Assembly (NCBI GenBank): GCA_025786725.1
Contig: JAHLTZ010000010.1
Location: 372,001-436,000, forward strand
Length of the DNA: 64,000 nt
Reading direction: 5' to 3'
From: Syncephalis fuscata S228
Taxonomy: Eukaryota > Fungi > Zoopagomycota
Shown one piece after another: positions 41,810 to 53,500 of this stretch (its first letter is position 1; each line of letters starts with the position of its first letter). A program made the translations under genes and the position numbers. A model generated the notes under the pieces. That model was not told where the DNA came from, did no database searches, and was given only the letters and a program-made list of their open reading frames with translations.

Positions 41810-42803
41810 CTATTCAGTAGGTGGCAGAACGTTGACCATCGCCTGTAATAACAGTGAAGTCTCCTCGGGTTGCGCCAATTCACCAAGAGATTGTTCTCCT
41901 CGCAGTATTCGACCTAGACGTAGATAGCGTACTTGTACTTGCATCTCCTTCTGATTTGCTCCATCACATTCTGGTGGCGGACGTGCTGCCAATAAGGCAC
42001 GGGTCACCTGTGGGTATAGCTGATCGTTGGCATGCATTTCAAGCACAACATCTTCATTTGTTGTAAGTCGGATTGTTAATTTAATAGCACGGCCAGTATC
42101 TGCACCGGTTGCTTCTTTTGTCGCCTCAGCTGATTCATTTAGTGTAGCAATAACTGCAGCCCGCTCGCCATCCCCTGAAGGTGTGGTGGCCGTTGTTATA
42201 AGATTTGTTGGTGCCGATAGACAATAATCGGGAATAACATATTGATTGCCTAGTGCGTCAAATGCACCATCGGCCAATAACCCAGTGGGTAAAGTCACGC
42301 CTACCGAATCAAGAACCACTTGTGCCGTTCCATGATCGGTCTCTGGTTGGCATACAAGCTGAAGTGCTTGCCAAACTTCTAAACGGCCCTAAATGCAGAT
42401 AATAGTGTCAGTTTATTACACATTCTACTACAAACACAGCCCGATACACCATCCATATATGGTGTCTATCGTGTTCTTAGTACCTCGTAGGTTGGCGCAG
42501 TGTCCCAGAACGCGCTTCTTTGCGCATCCAACTCCGCCTGTGTCATAGGCTCTGATGCCGTCCAATTCGGTCGGTCTGACAATAGCGACTGGCTATTACC
42601 GCTACGTCCTATAGAATTCATCGGGCAAATAGCCAGTAATGAGGGAAAAGCCATATAGTTAGTAGCAGTATTTATAAGCACAGCAACAACCAACAAATAA
42701 CTGCATAGCTACCTCGTCGTTGTGGGCTTGGCCGGCTACTGCCAACATTCATCAGATTCCGTGTAGCATCGTCATCCGCCGGTGTTGAATGAGTACAGCC
42801 CAT
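41810..42803 (-). CDS. Ubiquitin domain-containing protein (UBTD1/2, DC-UbP family), 3 exons
   Basis: MGC N-terminus (myristoylation/palmitoylation); W.ASEPMT..ELDAQR.AFWDTAPTYEGR.EVWQAL; FDALGNQYVIPDYCLSAP; C-terminal ubiquitin-like fold with LGRIL. Confidence 0.9.
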
Positions 42804-43224
42804 ATTACACAGAAAAAGTAAGAGAATTCAAGAAAACAGGATAATTAAGTGTGCAAGAACAAGAATAGTAGAAAGAAAGGGCAACAAGTGCTAGATATAT
42901 AATGTAATAAAAATGGAAAACGTGAAGAAAACTAGTACTGATTGGTTTCTGAGGGGGAACTGGCCATTTTAAGAATTCAAAATATATACAAGTCCAATTG
43001 GAATCATAATTTTAATGACAGCCGTAGTCAAAACAATACACTTCCTATTACACTTGGCTATCAATGGCCGGTATTAATGATAGACACATGTGTAATAGGC
43101 GTACACACACACACACACTAATTGAGTGAAGGGTGTGGAGATAAACGCAAATAACAAATGATAGACTTGGTAGTGACAACAAATTAGAACAGTGGAATAA
43201 TCACGGCCAATTGCTCTTCACGAA

Positions 43225-43973
43225 TTAAGTGCTGGTAGACGGAAACTTGGCCTCGCCTTCATCGCGAGCCTCTTTGATAAACTTTCGAATACTATTCTCG
43301 TCTCGAACGCCAATAAACTGGTCAACACGCTTGCCATTGTGGAATACAGCGACAGTTGGTAGTGAGGCAATCTATAAGAACGTAATTTATGCGTCAACTA
43401 TCATTAGCCTATTAAATTGCTTCAAGGTGCATATAACTTGCCTGGTATTTAGCTGCAACATCTTGAGCTGCATCGACATCAAGCTTTACTAATGGCAAGT
43501 TCAACTCACGAGTAGTATTAATCAATGCTGGTGCAATCATACGACAAGGGCCACACCAGCTATTTAGTGGGAAATAAATAAAATAAAATAAAAGATAATT
43601 GGTAATAATTGTTAGCAAGGATAGTTGTCTATGTGGCAGTGCTTACTTGGCAAAGAAATCGACTACTACTGTGCCAGATACTCGTTCAACTAAGCCGTCA
43701 AAAGATTGGTTGTTGGCAACGACCACATGTGTGTCTTTCTTATCGCCAGTACTCGATGATTTGGCATTGTCATTGCTCAAGACTGTCTTTGGTTTTGGCT
43801 CGGCATCGGCAGTATACATGCGAATAGCGCCGATTCTTGGAAGATTATTACGTCGTAGCACTGTCAGTGCCAAGGGCAATGCACGCTGACCCATTGCCAT
43901 AAAGCCTATCACCATAAATATATATATATATATATACATAGGCCAATGAACATATTTGCATAAGTTATCGATT

Positions 43974-44005
<32 letters not shown>

Positions 44006-44080
44006 ACAATTAACGGCCAACTTACGAGCAGAACGACCAACCTGCACCGACAAACGAGTTAATGAAGACGTTGCAGACAT
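43225..44080 (-). CDS. Mitochondrial thioredoxin, 4 exons
   Basis: VVVDFFA.WCGPC active site; KLDVD, IASLPTV. Exon 1 MSATSSLTRLSVQVGRSAR splices in frame to FMAMGQRALP, giving an Arg/Ser-rich, acid-free presequence. Confidence 0.9.
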
Positions 44081-44718
44081 GATCGTTACAATCAGGTGGA
44101 GGAATAAGTAAAAAAAAGAAAAGCCGTAGTCAATCGCTGGATGAAAAGATAGAAAGGAAAGGAAAAAGTGGGTGAGAAGTAGCGGAGAATAGCTTCTGTC
44201 TTGTCTTGGTTTTACTTTAGAGGAATATGCTGGTAAGCCGCGACCTGTGTCGTTATGTTTTTTGTACTATAAATTATTTAATAACAATAATGATAAAATA
44301 GAAAATATTTTATTTATATTAAAAAGCGAGTGGTTTAAAATAGTGAAATAAAGACTAGTCTATTCACCTGTATAGCCGATGTTAGTGTGGTAGTAATAGC
44401 ATAGTGGTGATGATAGATAGAATGACGTTATACATAGTATGAACTCAATCAAATCACGTGACAAATTAATTGAACTCGTTGTCGGTAGCTGTGAGTGCTG
44501 AGTAGCACGCCCTCTCTTACATTGCTCATTTCGCCCACACACGTACTTGTTTCCGTGTACGGGTAAGTTTAGTTATATCCATTGATATTTTATCTAAAAC
44601 AGTAGACTAACCTATATTGTATGAACAAATGATGGATGATGAAAATGATGGATGGATGGATGGATTGCTATATATATGTGTGTATATATGATGAATAGCT
44701 TGCGCACCTGGATTAGCC

Positions 44719-45644
44719 ATGACTTCCAAGACGAACATCATCGTTGGCAAGAACAAGGGGTTCCCCACCACCCCACGTACCCTTAAGGCCAAGCCAGTCT
44801 CTACCAAGGGTGTAAGTAGATGGATGGATAGATGGATGGATGGATGGTTAGATATATAGTTAGATGGATATTAGTGGCGAAAATACTATTGACCATTGAA
44901 TATGGTGGACTTATGCACTAGCAATCTATAATAATGGTTCTACACGGTATAGTTACTTGTAAATAGCTTTATTTATGATAGAGAGCGTTATAGATACACA
45001 TGCAATAGAAATAATATAAACGCGCTTATTATTTAGTAATTTGGACATAACGATCATGAATTCCAGTTACTAAAGAGTACTAATAGCCATGCTTACAATA
45101 TCTAATATTCAAATATAATGGGATGAATAAATGGAACTATATGCATATATATTATTATATAATTATTGTACTAATTACTATTTATTTTATTTAATATAGC
45201 GTCTTGGTCCACGTACCAAATTCGTACGTGAATTGATCCGTGAAGTTGCTGGCTTTGCTCCATATGAACGCCGCGTCATGGAATTGTTGAAGAACGGCAA
45301 AGATAAGCGTGCTCGTAAGCTCGCTAAGAAGAGAGTAAGTACTTGTTAACTGGTGCATCAACTTGTTATTGTTCAATAGCTATGATATGCAAAAAAGGCC
45401 ATGAATTAGACAGTTCATTGGTTGCGTAATACTGCATGTCCACATGGATGCATGAATTGCCGTCTGGCTAATTGGCACAGTTGGCGTGCGTATAGCACCA
45501 ATCATTGCGATAGCATTCATTATGATTTAACACGATACTGACCAACTATTTCCTTTCTAGTTGGGCACCTTTGGCCGTGCCAAGAACAAGGTCGAAGAGC
45601 TTAACAACGCCATCGCCGAATCTCGTCGTGCCGCTGCTCACTAA
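44719..45644 (+). CDS. RPL36: 60S ribosomal protein eL36 (exons 44719-44811, 45200-45334, 45561-45644)
   Basis: Missed by the ORF track. Spliced product [103 protein letters not shown]. Confidence 0.97.
45384..45535 (+). ncRNA. Candidate intronic box H/ACA snoRNA in the last RPL36 intron
   Basis: Hairpin GATATGCA..GGCCATGAATT/AGTTCATTGGTT..TGCATGTC with an internal loop; hinge CACATGG (imperfect H box); second hairpin ATGAATTGC..GCATTCAT; ACA at 45530-45532; about 150 nt. Confidence 0.35.
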
Positions 45645-46281
45645 ATATACTTTGCTTTTATTGGTGTTTTAAAGTGATGATGTGGCAGTAGTGGCGTGCC
45701 GAATGGCGAACGGCCAGCCTGATGCCACGGTGCTTGCCTTTTTACTACGACTACTTCTAGAAACAGGCAGTTTAATCATTATTGCTACTATTCATGCACA
45801 CACATACACACATTATCCACAGTAAAGCGTTCTCTCTCTATGCCATATTAGAATTGCGGCGATTAATAGACTATCATGTTGTGATGGATCATTGTAAAAC
45901 GAGTAATCAAAACGTCACACTTTTTGTTTGTGTGTCTAGTTGCATACCAATGCCCATTGCCACTATTATTAATATTACTACGATTTGTGGCATTGACTTA
46001 TGGTATATGCAGAAGCACATGGTGTATGCAGTCAAACGAGAAAACAGTTGTAACCATGCGGTCACAAATACGGCAGTACCGTGCTTTGTTTTATACTACA
46101 TATTTCTACATTAAATTTATGCGGTAACTACATAGTGGGAAAGAGAGAGAGAGGTGGCTGAATGCATGTATAACCATAGACGGAATACGCATGTTTAGAT
46201 GCACAACCATACAGCCATTGCGCGCGCATACGATCAAAACTATTCTGGCTCTCTCCACATGCCATGGATGAATCCATTATT

Positions 46282-46346
46282 TTGTGTATGTGTGCGTGTA
46301 TGTGTGCGTGTATGTGTGCGTGTGTGCGTGTGTGCGTGTGCGTGTA
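46282..46346. repeat. (TG/TGCG) purine-pyrimidine alternating microsatellite
   Basis: tgtgtatgtgtgcgtgtatgtgtgcgtgtatgtgtgcgtgtgtgcgtgtgtgcgtgtgcgtgtatg. Confidence 0.9.
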
Positions 46347-46748
46347 TGAATTCATTGTATAACATAAATAGCGTGAAATAAAGTGAAGTACTATTATTAC
46401 TAGCTAATTGTCCACTACTACTATCATTATCTTTATTACTATTACAGCACTGCTATAAACCTTGGCTTTACCTTTCTCGCCTTGTCGCCTGCTTTCGCAT
46501 TGCAAAAACATATGCGTCTGTCGGCCATTACAACGTTGTAGCCACCACTGGATTTCTCATATATTTCCCCGTGAAGGAGGCATTTTTGATACAAGCCAGC
46601 GCTTGTCTACCTCGACCACGTCCTTGTCACAATCATACACGCCAATCATTGCATTCGTATAAATATTCATACGCATTCTAAAGTTTATGATACATACCAA
46701 ACTATTATAACCTTCACCACTATATAGACAACATATTTTATTATAAAT

Positions 46749-47987
46749 ATGACCACTGCACACACTATAGCTTTTCAAGGAGCAGAAATGGCTATTGACC
46801 ACATTAAATTGGCCGATATCGACACATTAGACGATCAATCAATAGACAATGTCGACGGCGTTAATATTAAAACTATGAATGGCCGCACCTTTGATTCGTC
46901 TCAGAGTTCGATTGTTTCACCGCCCGGATCACCCACGGTCAGGGTTGTATCTACCTATTCCCGAGTAGGTGATGCACAATGGCCGGTCGATATGTATCGA
47001 GTAAAGGAGGCAGGAACGGCCGATCAATCCATCTATGTTCGTGGCAAATCAGTTCGCGATAGTATGAGTAAATTCCATGCTAAGGGACTTGTTGTTGGCG
47101 AGTATAGTTCGATTGAACACGTATGCTTAAAAATCACCGCATAATGGCGATAGAGCTGCGGCTGCTGCATCGTCAACACCAGCTAAAAAGCGAAAGCATA
47201 AATTACTTTCTTTAATTTCAAGCATTTTTTCTAAATCATCGAAAAAGCCATCGAGTAAAAATGCACCATCAACACCACGACCAAGTGCTGATTCAGGTGT
47301 CACAAAAGCCATTTCAAATACATCTGAATATCGAGTAAGAGATCGGTCCTCGCAAATTAGTCATCGATACAGTGCGAGTCCGGCAAGTTCACCACCATCT
47401 TCACCATCTCACCTACTAGTGACCCATTACTAAGCCGCCTATTCCGTGCGCCTATTCGTAAAAATCCCAATAAATTGTCTAAATCATCTGGTTCAGCGGC
47501 TAATCCAACAGCCACCACTGCCACTTCATCCTCCTCTAAATCATCAGCTGCCAAAACAAAGAAACGCAGTAAAAAGGCCAAGTCATCCAAGGTAGCTCGT
47601 TCAGCTTTGGAGTCTTCGGCCCCGCCAACATCGATAACATCGCCAATGGAACACGAAAATATTATGGTATTTTCTTCGGCTGATAATAGCGAAAATGAAG
47701 GCAATATGGAGGAAAGATTGCCACGTAAAAAACAATATTTGCCATCGGGTTGTCCATTTACTTGGAATCGGTCGACTAAGGTTACATCGAATAGCCAGAC
47801 TAGTAGCCATCATATAACACCATCGGCTACAGGTAACACAACGCCGATAGTAGCCGCAAGTGCTAATCGAAAACCACCACGACAACGTGTATCGCCATCT
47901 GGTCTTTATCTACTCATTTGTGTAGGTCTTTGTTGCATGCCATGTCTCTGTGTTAACTACGCTTGTAACCGAGACGAGGAATCGTAA
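46749..47987 (+). CDS. Hypothetical Ser/Lys-rich disordered protein with Cys-rich hydrophobic C-terminal tail (two apparent frameshifts)
   Basis: ORFs 46749-47144 and 47475-47987 are bridged by an open intermediate frame (KSPHNGDRAAAAASSTPAKKRKHKLLSLISSIFSK...); ends LYLLICVGLCCMPCLCVNYACNRDEES. Confidence 0.6.
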
Positions 47988-48214
47988 CAAATGAAAAACA
48001 AAACGGTTCTTGTTATTGCCGTTATTCATTTTTAATTGCTTTTTTCTATTTACTGTCTTTTATTTGGTTGATTATTCGCCCTTACGTGCGAATAATTCAG
48101 AACGAGTCTTTTTACTGGTTCTTTTGCTTTTTTTAATAAATGTACTTTATCAATTAAATCTGTTATCATTATATTAAACGGTTATTATATATCAAATAGC
48201 TAATTAATGTTTAG

Positions 48215-49839
48215 TTAAAAGCCACTATAATCCTCAACAATAAATTGCTTCCAGTTACAAAGTTTTGCATATCGACATGAAGCATAGCCATTAGCAACAA
48301 TAATTTTTTTGTCAATATCTGTCTTTTTTACAGCTGCTAAATCTAAATCAATTGGTGATTTGAAATCAGCTCCTTTGCATTTGTATATACTGCCATAGGC
48401 TCTGGAAGGATAGCATTGACTAGTAAATTCAACTGTTCGTAAAAGCTCACCTGTCCATAAATCGTAAATTAAAAACTTTTTGAAACAAACTGTAACAAAT
48501 ACGTCAGAGCATCGTAGTAAATCAATGCTATTTCTTTCCATTTCTATACTCCTAGCCCATTGAATAGAATTACGCTTATCTGTAGTGTAAAGATAGGCTC
48601 TATTGGGTATTCCACCAATAGCCATACGATATAGACATGCTCCATACTTCTTGTTGGATTCAAAGGTAAATAGAACATGTCGATGGTCAACTTTATGTGT
48701 ATAAATAATACTATGTTCCGATTTCACAACGTTTTTGTTTAGTCGCAACACAACGTGATGCAGACACTCTGCGTCCGTACCAGTCAATTGCCATTGCCAT
48801 AATTGTATAGTAAACTGAAAGACATTGCGTTTTATACGTTGTAGATGTGGGTTGTCCAACTAATAGATTTGTCGTCCCAATACCAAGCTTGTGAAGCATT
48901 TGATAAAATATGTACATGATTTGGATTATTCCAAAGCACCAGCGACGTTGATTGATATTATAAATAAAACTGCGAATTACACGGAGTGATATGTTTCGTG
49001 TACCATCCATCATTATCCATGGCCCGTTTATTTGTATATTGTTAAGATAGAAATTTTTCCAACTGCAGCAAATTCCGATGTTAGTTGCATTATTCGATAT
49101 TGAATTACCTGCTACCGGTTTGGCTGGTAATTCTCTTCATTTGGTTTTAATTGTAATTGGCGTGGCTTAGGCAATCCAATACGATGTGAGCAGCCACGAT
49201 GAGCAGGAAATATATGTCCGTAGGGCTTCCAGGAAATACGCGCAAATATAAATTGGTCGCTTGTAGTGACACTGGGAAAATTATCAGAACTGTAAGACGA
49301 CCAATCAATATGTTTTAGTGTAACAATTTTTGCGTAAAACGAGCGCTGTCCTCTTAAATGTGCCCATATCACAGGATGATATTGTAATATTGCCCAGTAT
49401 AAACGGGGATAAGTAAAAGCTATTGCATTATAGTCGTCCTGTGCCATACAAAATATTCTCGATTGGATAATTCTCTAGAAGGAGTATAGATGATGGGTTG
49501 GTTTCGAATCAAATGCAGTTCAGTACGCCGACGATGGCAGTAAATGTAGAACCATGGCAACTGCCAACATTCTTTGTAATGTATATAGCGGCAATAACCG
49601 ACTATAGATCGTAGCCATTTTAGTTCTTTTTCATCATACATCGGAAATCGTTGCAAATAACGAATTTTCCATAAGCAATCATTTTCAACTATGATGGTAA
49701 AGAAATAACGACATGTTGTAGCTAAGCAGCCTAACTCTCGACATGGTAAGTGCCGTGATAATTTATAAATTACATCTTCGCAGAGACTTATCAATTTAGC
49801 TGTTTGTAAGTATTGTTGTTGTTCAAAAGTAGACGGCAT
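48215..49839 (-). CDS. Divergent F-box-like protein (intronless, fragmented by frameshifts)
   Basis: LCEDVIYKLSRHLPCRELGCLATTCRYFFTIIVENDCLWKIRYLQRFP F-box-like N-terminus, then W.YIYC.R..TE; same overall layout as the 22.9-26.3 kb pair. Confidence 0.65.
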
Positions 49840-50569
49840 GGTAAAAAATAAACAGTATTAAAAGTAATGATGTGCCTTTGCAATGGCTCATACGTCATTT
49901 TTATTAAAAAGATTGCGCTTTACGCAATCGTTTATAAATTTACATGTAGCACTTTAGACTAATACAGTTTACTGTATAATCATAAGAATAAGTAATAAAC
50001 TTTGGATTTCATATTAATCTATTATAATACAAGCTTGCTTTGCTGTTATTTATGTATGCGTTTTTACTGATATTTAAATTTGATTGATATTTACTTTAAT
50101 CCTCCAGGGGTAGTAAATCTTTTACGCAATCAATTATAGTAATTTAAATAGTTGACGAGTTAATTAGATTAATTTGTGTTTAAATGATCATTCATAATAA
50201 ACATTAATAACTATAATAACATTATCATTTCCATAAAATAGAATAGAATTAAATGTAGCAAAACATTGTATCAGTAACTACTAACATTTTAATAAATGAC
50301 TTTTTTTCTACGCCACTACCGACCACGGCTGAATATCAAATATTTTAAAGTATATTGTTTGCTTATTAGTTTATACATGATTATATTTATAAAAAGAAGA
50401 AGAATTTTAGTTTAGCTACATTGATAGTATAAATGAAATAATAAAACCAAAGAGCGTTTAATCGAGTATCCAGTATTTATATTGGGTCAAACCTCTGACG
50501 ATAATCATTTATCAAAGTAAAGATTTTGGTAGTAATTATAATAAAAGTATGATATCATAGTCAGTATAC

Positions 50570-53500
50570 TTAAATTATTGATACAGATGTATTGCTCTGG
50601 CTCATAGTTAGCAGTATATCCAATTCACCAGAACGTTCACACAAATTACGGAATAGACTGTCCGGTCGATTGATAAGCACACTTGGCTTGTCAAATTCCA
50701 CTAGACGTCCGGTATCTATTATTTAATTAGTATAATAAACATTATTGCTGCTGTTTACAGTAACTACATACCAAGTACCATTACACGGTCATAGTCGATA
50801 ATGGTGCGAAGTCGATGTGCAATACACAACAGTGTAGAGTTGGTAAATTCTTGACGGATTGTCTGTTGTATTTTAGCATCTGTTTCAAAATCGACTGATG
50901 CCGTGGCTTCGTCCATAATAATAACCTGTGCGTATGTTTAGCTGATGTATAATAAATTGCTGCTTGATAGCATGTTGCTTACCCGACTATTGCGCAGCAA
51001 TGCACGTGCCATTGACAACAACTGACGCTGACCATGACTGAAATTCGATCCATTTTCAGCCACTGGCGCATCCAAATGTTCTAGACCAACAGGTTTCTCG
51101 GCATTAATGTCTTCGTCGATTAGATGCGTACGGCGCAATGAATTCCATAGTGCCGCGTCATCATGCATTGTAAATGGATCCAAATTACTGCGGATTGTGC
51201 CGCTGAATAGCACCGGGTCTTGTGGAATGATTGTCAAGCGTGATCGTAAATCCTTTAATCCAATGTTACTAATGTCGACGTCATCAATAAGAATTTGACC
51301 AGCATAGGCTTCCACAAATCGGAAAAATGCTACCGATAGTGTTGATTTGCCAGCACCTAATATGCAGTTGCTATTAACAATTGGTATGCACTGACCGGCA
51401 TGCTAATTACCTGTTCGGCCTACAATGCCGATACGCTCACCGGGATTGACCGAAAACGATAGGTCCCGTATAACTGGGCTTTGGTCAATGGCATAGCGAA
51501 TTGAAATGTTTTGTACGTCAATTCTGCCATGTTCAGGCCACTGAATATTTGTTAGTATTATATTGCGAGTAGTTGGATTAATAACATACATTGCTAGGTG
51601 GGCGATTGTGTTCAATAATAGCTGGTGGTTCCTGTTCGACTGCCATATATTCGCAAATGCGTTCGACACTATTCATGGCAACGTCAGCTCTGGTGTAAAA
51701 AATAATAGAGTTCTATCATGCAACACTGTTAACTAATAATAATAATAATAATAAATATGTGCTTACTGCTGCAGCGTTCAAAAATCCAAGTGCATAACTA
51801 AGTGCAAATCCGGCAATGTTGGCACTTATATAGTCTCGATTCCAAATAAATGTTGATGTTGCAAGAAGCGTAAATAGTACTGAAATGGCTTGAACACGGC
51901 AAGTAATCCACTGGCTGGCTCCAGCTTGTAGATATACTGGTCGTTGCATTACGTTGATATAATACAGATTCTCATCAAAAAACAATTTCTGCATACCAAA
52001 TGCACGAATTGTGGCGATACCACTGTATAATGTTAATACAAATTTATAATAGTAATCACACTTGGCTTACCTGGTTGTATCTGCACATAGTGATAGCAGC
52101 GGAGATTTATTGACAGCTTCAAGTCGTTTGAAATTGCGATTGGCTTTAACATAATAGCTCACTAGCATAAAATATGCAACGACTAAATAGCATGATTAGT
52201 TATCAATATTACATTAATGTACATAATTATAACTTACAAACTAAAATACTTGCAATAATAAACTTTGGTAATGCAAAGCACACAATTAATAGTTGGAATA
52301 CCATTTGACTTACAAGAGCAAATAATTGCTGAAATCCAAATGGTAAATTCTGATCGACATCACTCATATCATTGCTAAAACGATTAATCAATCGTCCCAC
52401 TGGTGTTTTATCTATAAAGCGAATTGATGCATATGCTACGCTATGTAACATATTTCTAAACATTTTACGGGAACCATGAACTGCGGTTGACAATAAAGTA
52501 ACTGGTGGAACCATAGCAAATAATAATATCACTAATGCAATCCACAAATAAGTGCGAACATATTTGCCATTTGTTTCTGGGGCCGAGTTGCGTGTCCAAA
52601 TGACTAGCCAGTATGCTTGACCGATAATTAATAGCTGTAATATCAAGTAAGCTGCGATTGTTAAAATCCAGAATTGATAGCCTGCCGCCTTGATATATGT
52701 TTTATATACATTGACATTAATAGCACCACTATTATAAGATTCGTCTTCTACTAAAACACCGTCTGTGCGTATAGCTGCTGATTCTTCATCAGAGCTGAAT
52801 AGTGTGTCGTTTTGCGCATCATGCTTTGGCTTGGCATTAGAAGAGCCATTGACTTCATCCCGGTCAGAATCACTCTCGCTTGTCATTAACAGCGAAGCTA
52901 AAGCAACTGATGGCATACCAGTGGCAACGATCTGTCCATTATTCATCAAAACAGCATATTGGGCAATAGATGCACACAAATCCACATGATGGGTGACAAG
53001 TATTCGAGTACGTCCTGCTGTTAACGGACCAGACAAGCAATTTTGCACGATGTGTCGTGCGGTGTGCGAATCAACTGCCGAAAGACAGTCATCCAACAAA
53101 AGATGTTGGTATGGGCCATACACAGCACGCGCCAAGGCAAGTCGCTGCTTTTGGCCACCTGAAAGTGTAATGCCTTTTTCGCCAATTTGTGTGCGATCGC
53201 CGGCATCAAGTATTTCGAGATCACGCTCCAATGCACACGCATACAGAACCTGGTGATACCGTTGCTCATCATACGGCTGGCCAAATAAAATGTTTTCACG
53301 AATTGTCAGATTTTGTAGCCATGGTTGCTGTGCCACATATCCAATGTCGCTGCATGATACACCCAGTGTATTTGTATGGCGTTTAGTAGTTGGAAGGAAT
53401 GCTTTGCCGTGTACATGTGGCATTTCTGTAAATGGTCAGTATACCAATATATAATGTGTTAGTTCACTTACCGCCAAGTAAGGCTAAGAGCAACGACGAT

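Noticed and set aside
42983-42990. Pumilio element UGUAUAUA downstream of mitochondrial thioredoxin (minus strand), and TGTAAATA at 22610-22617 after the kinase
   Set aside because: An AT-rich 8-mer is expected by chance in this genome, UTR ends are unknown, and no canonical element was seen in the Pumilio or ISD11 3'UTRs.
45674-45728. SECIS interpretation of the RPL36 3'UTR hairpin
   Set aside because: RPL36 has no in-frame UGA, and the stem lacks the proper AUGA/GA quartet geometry with an apical AA.
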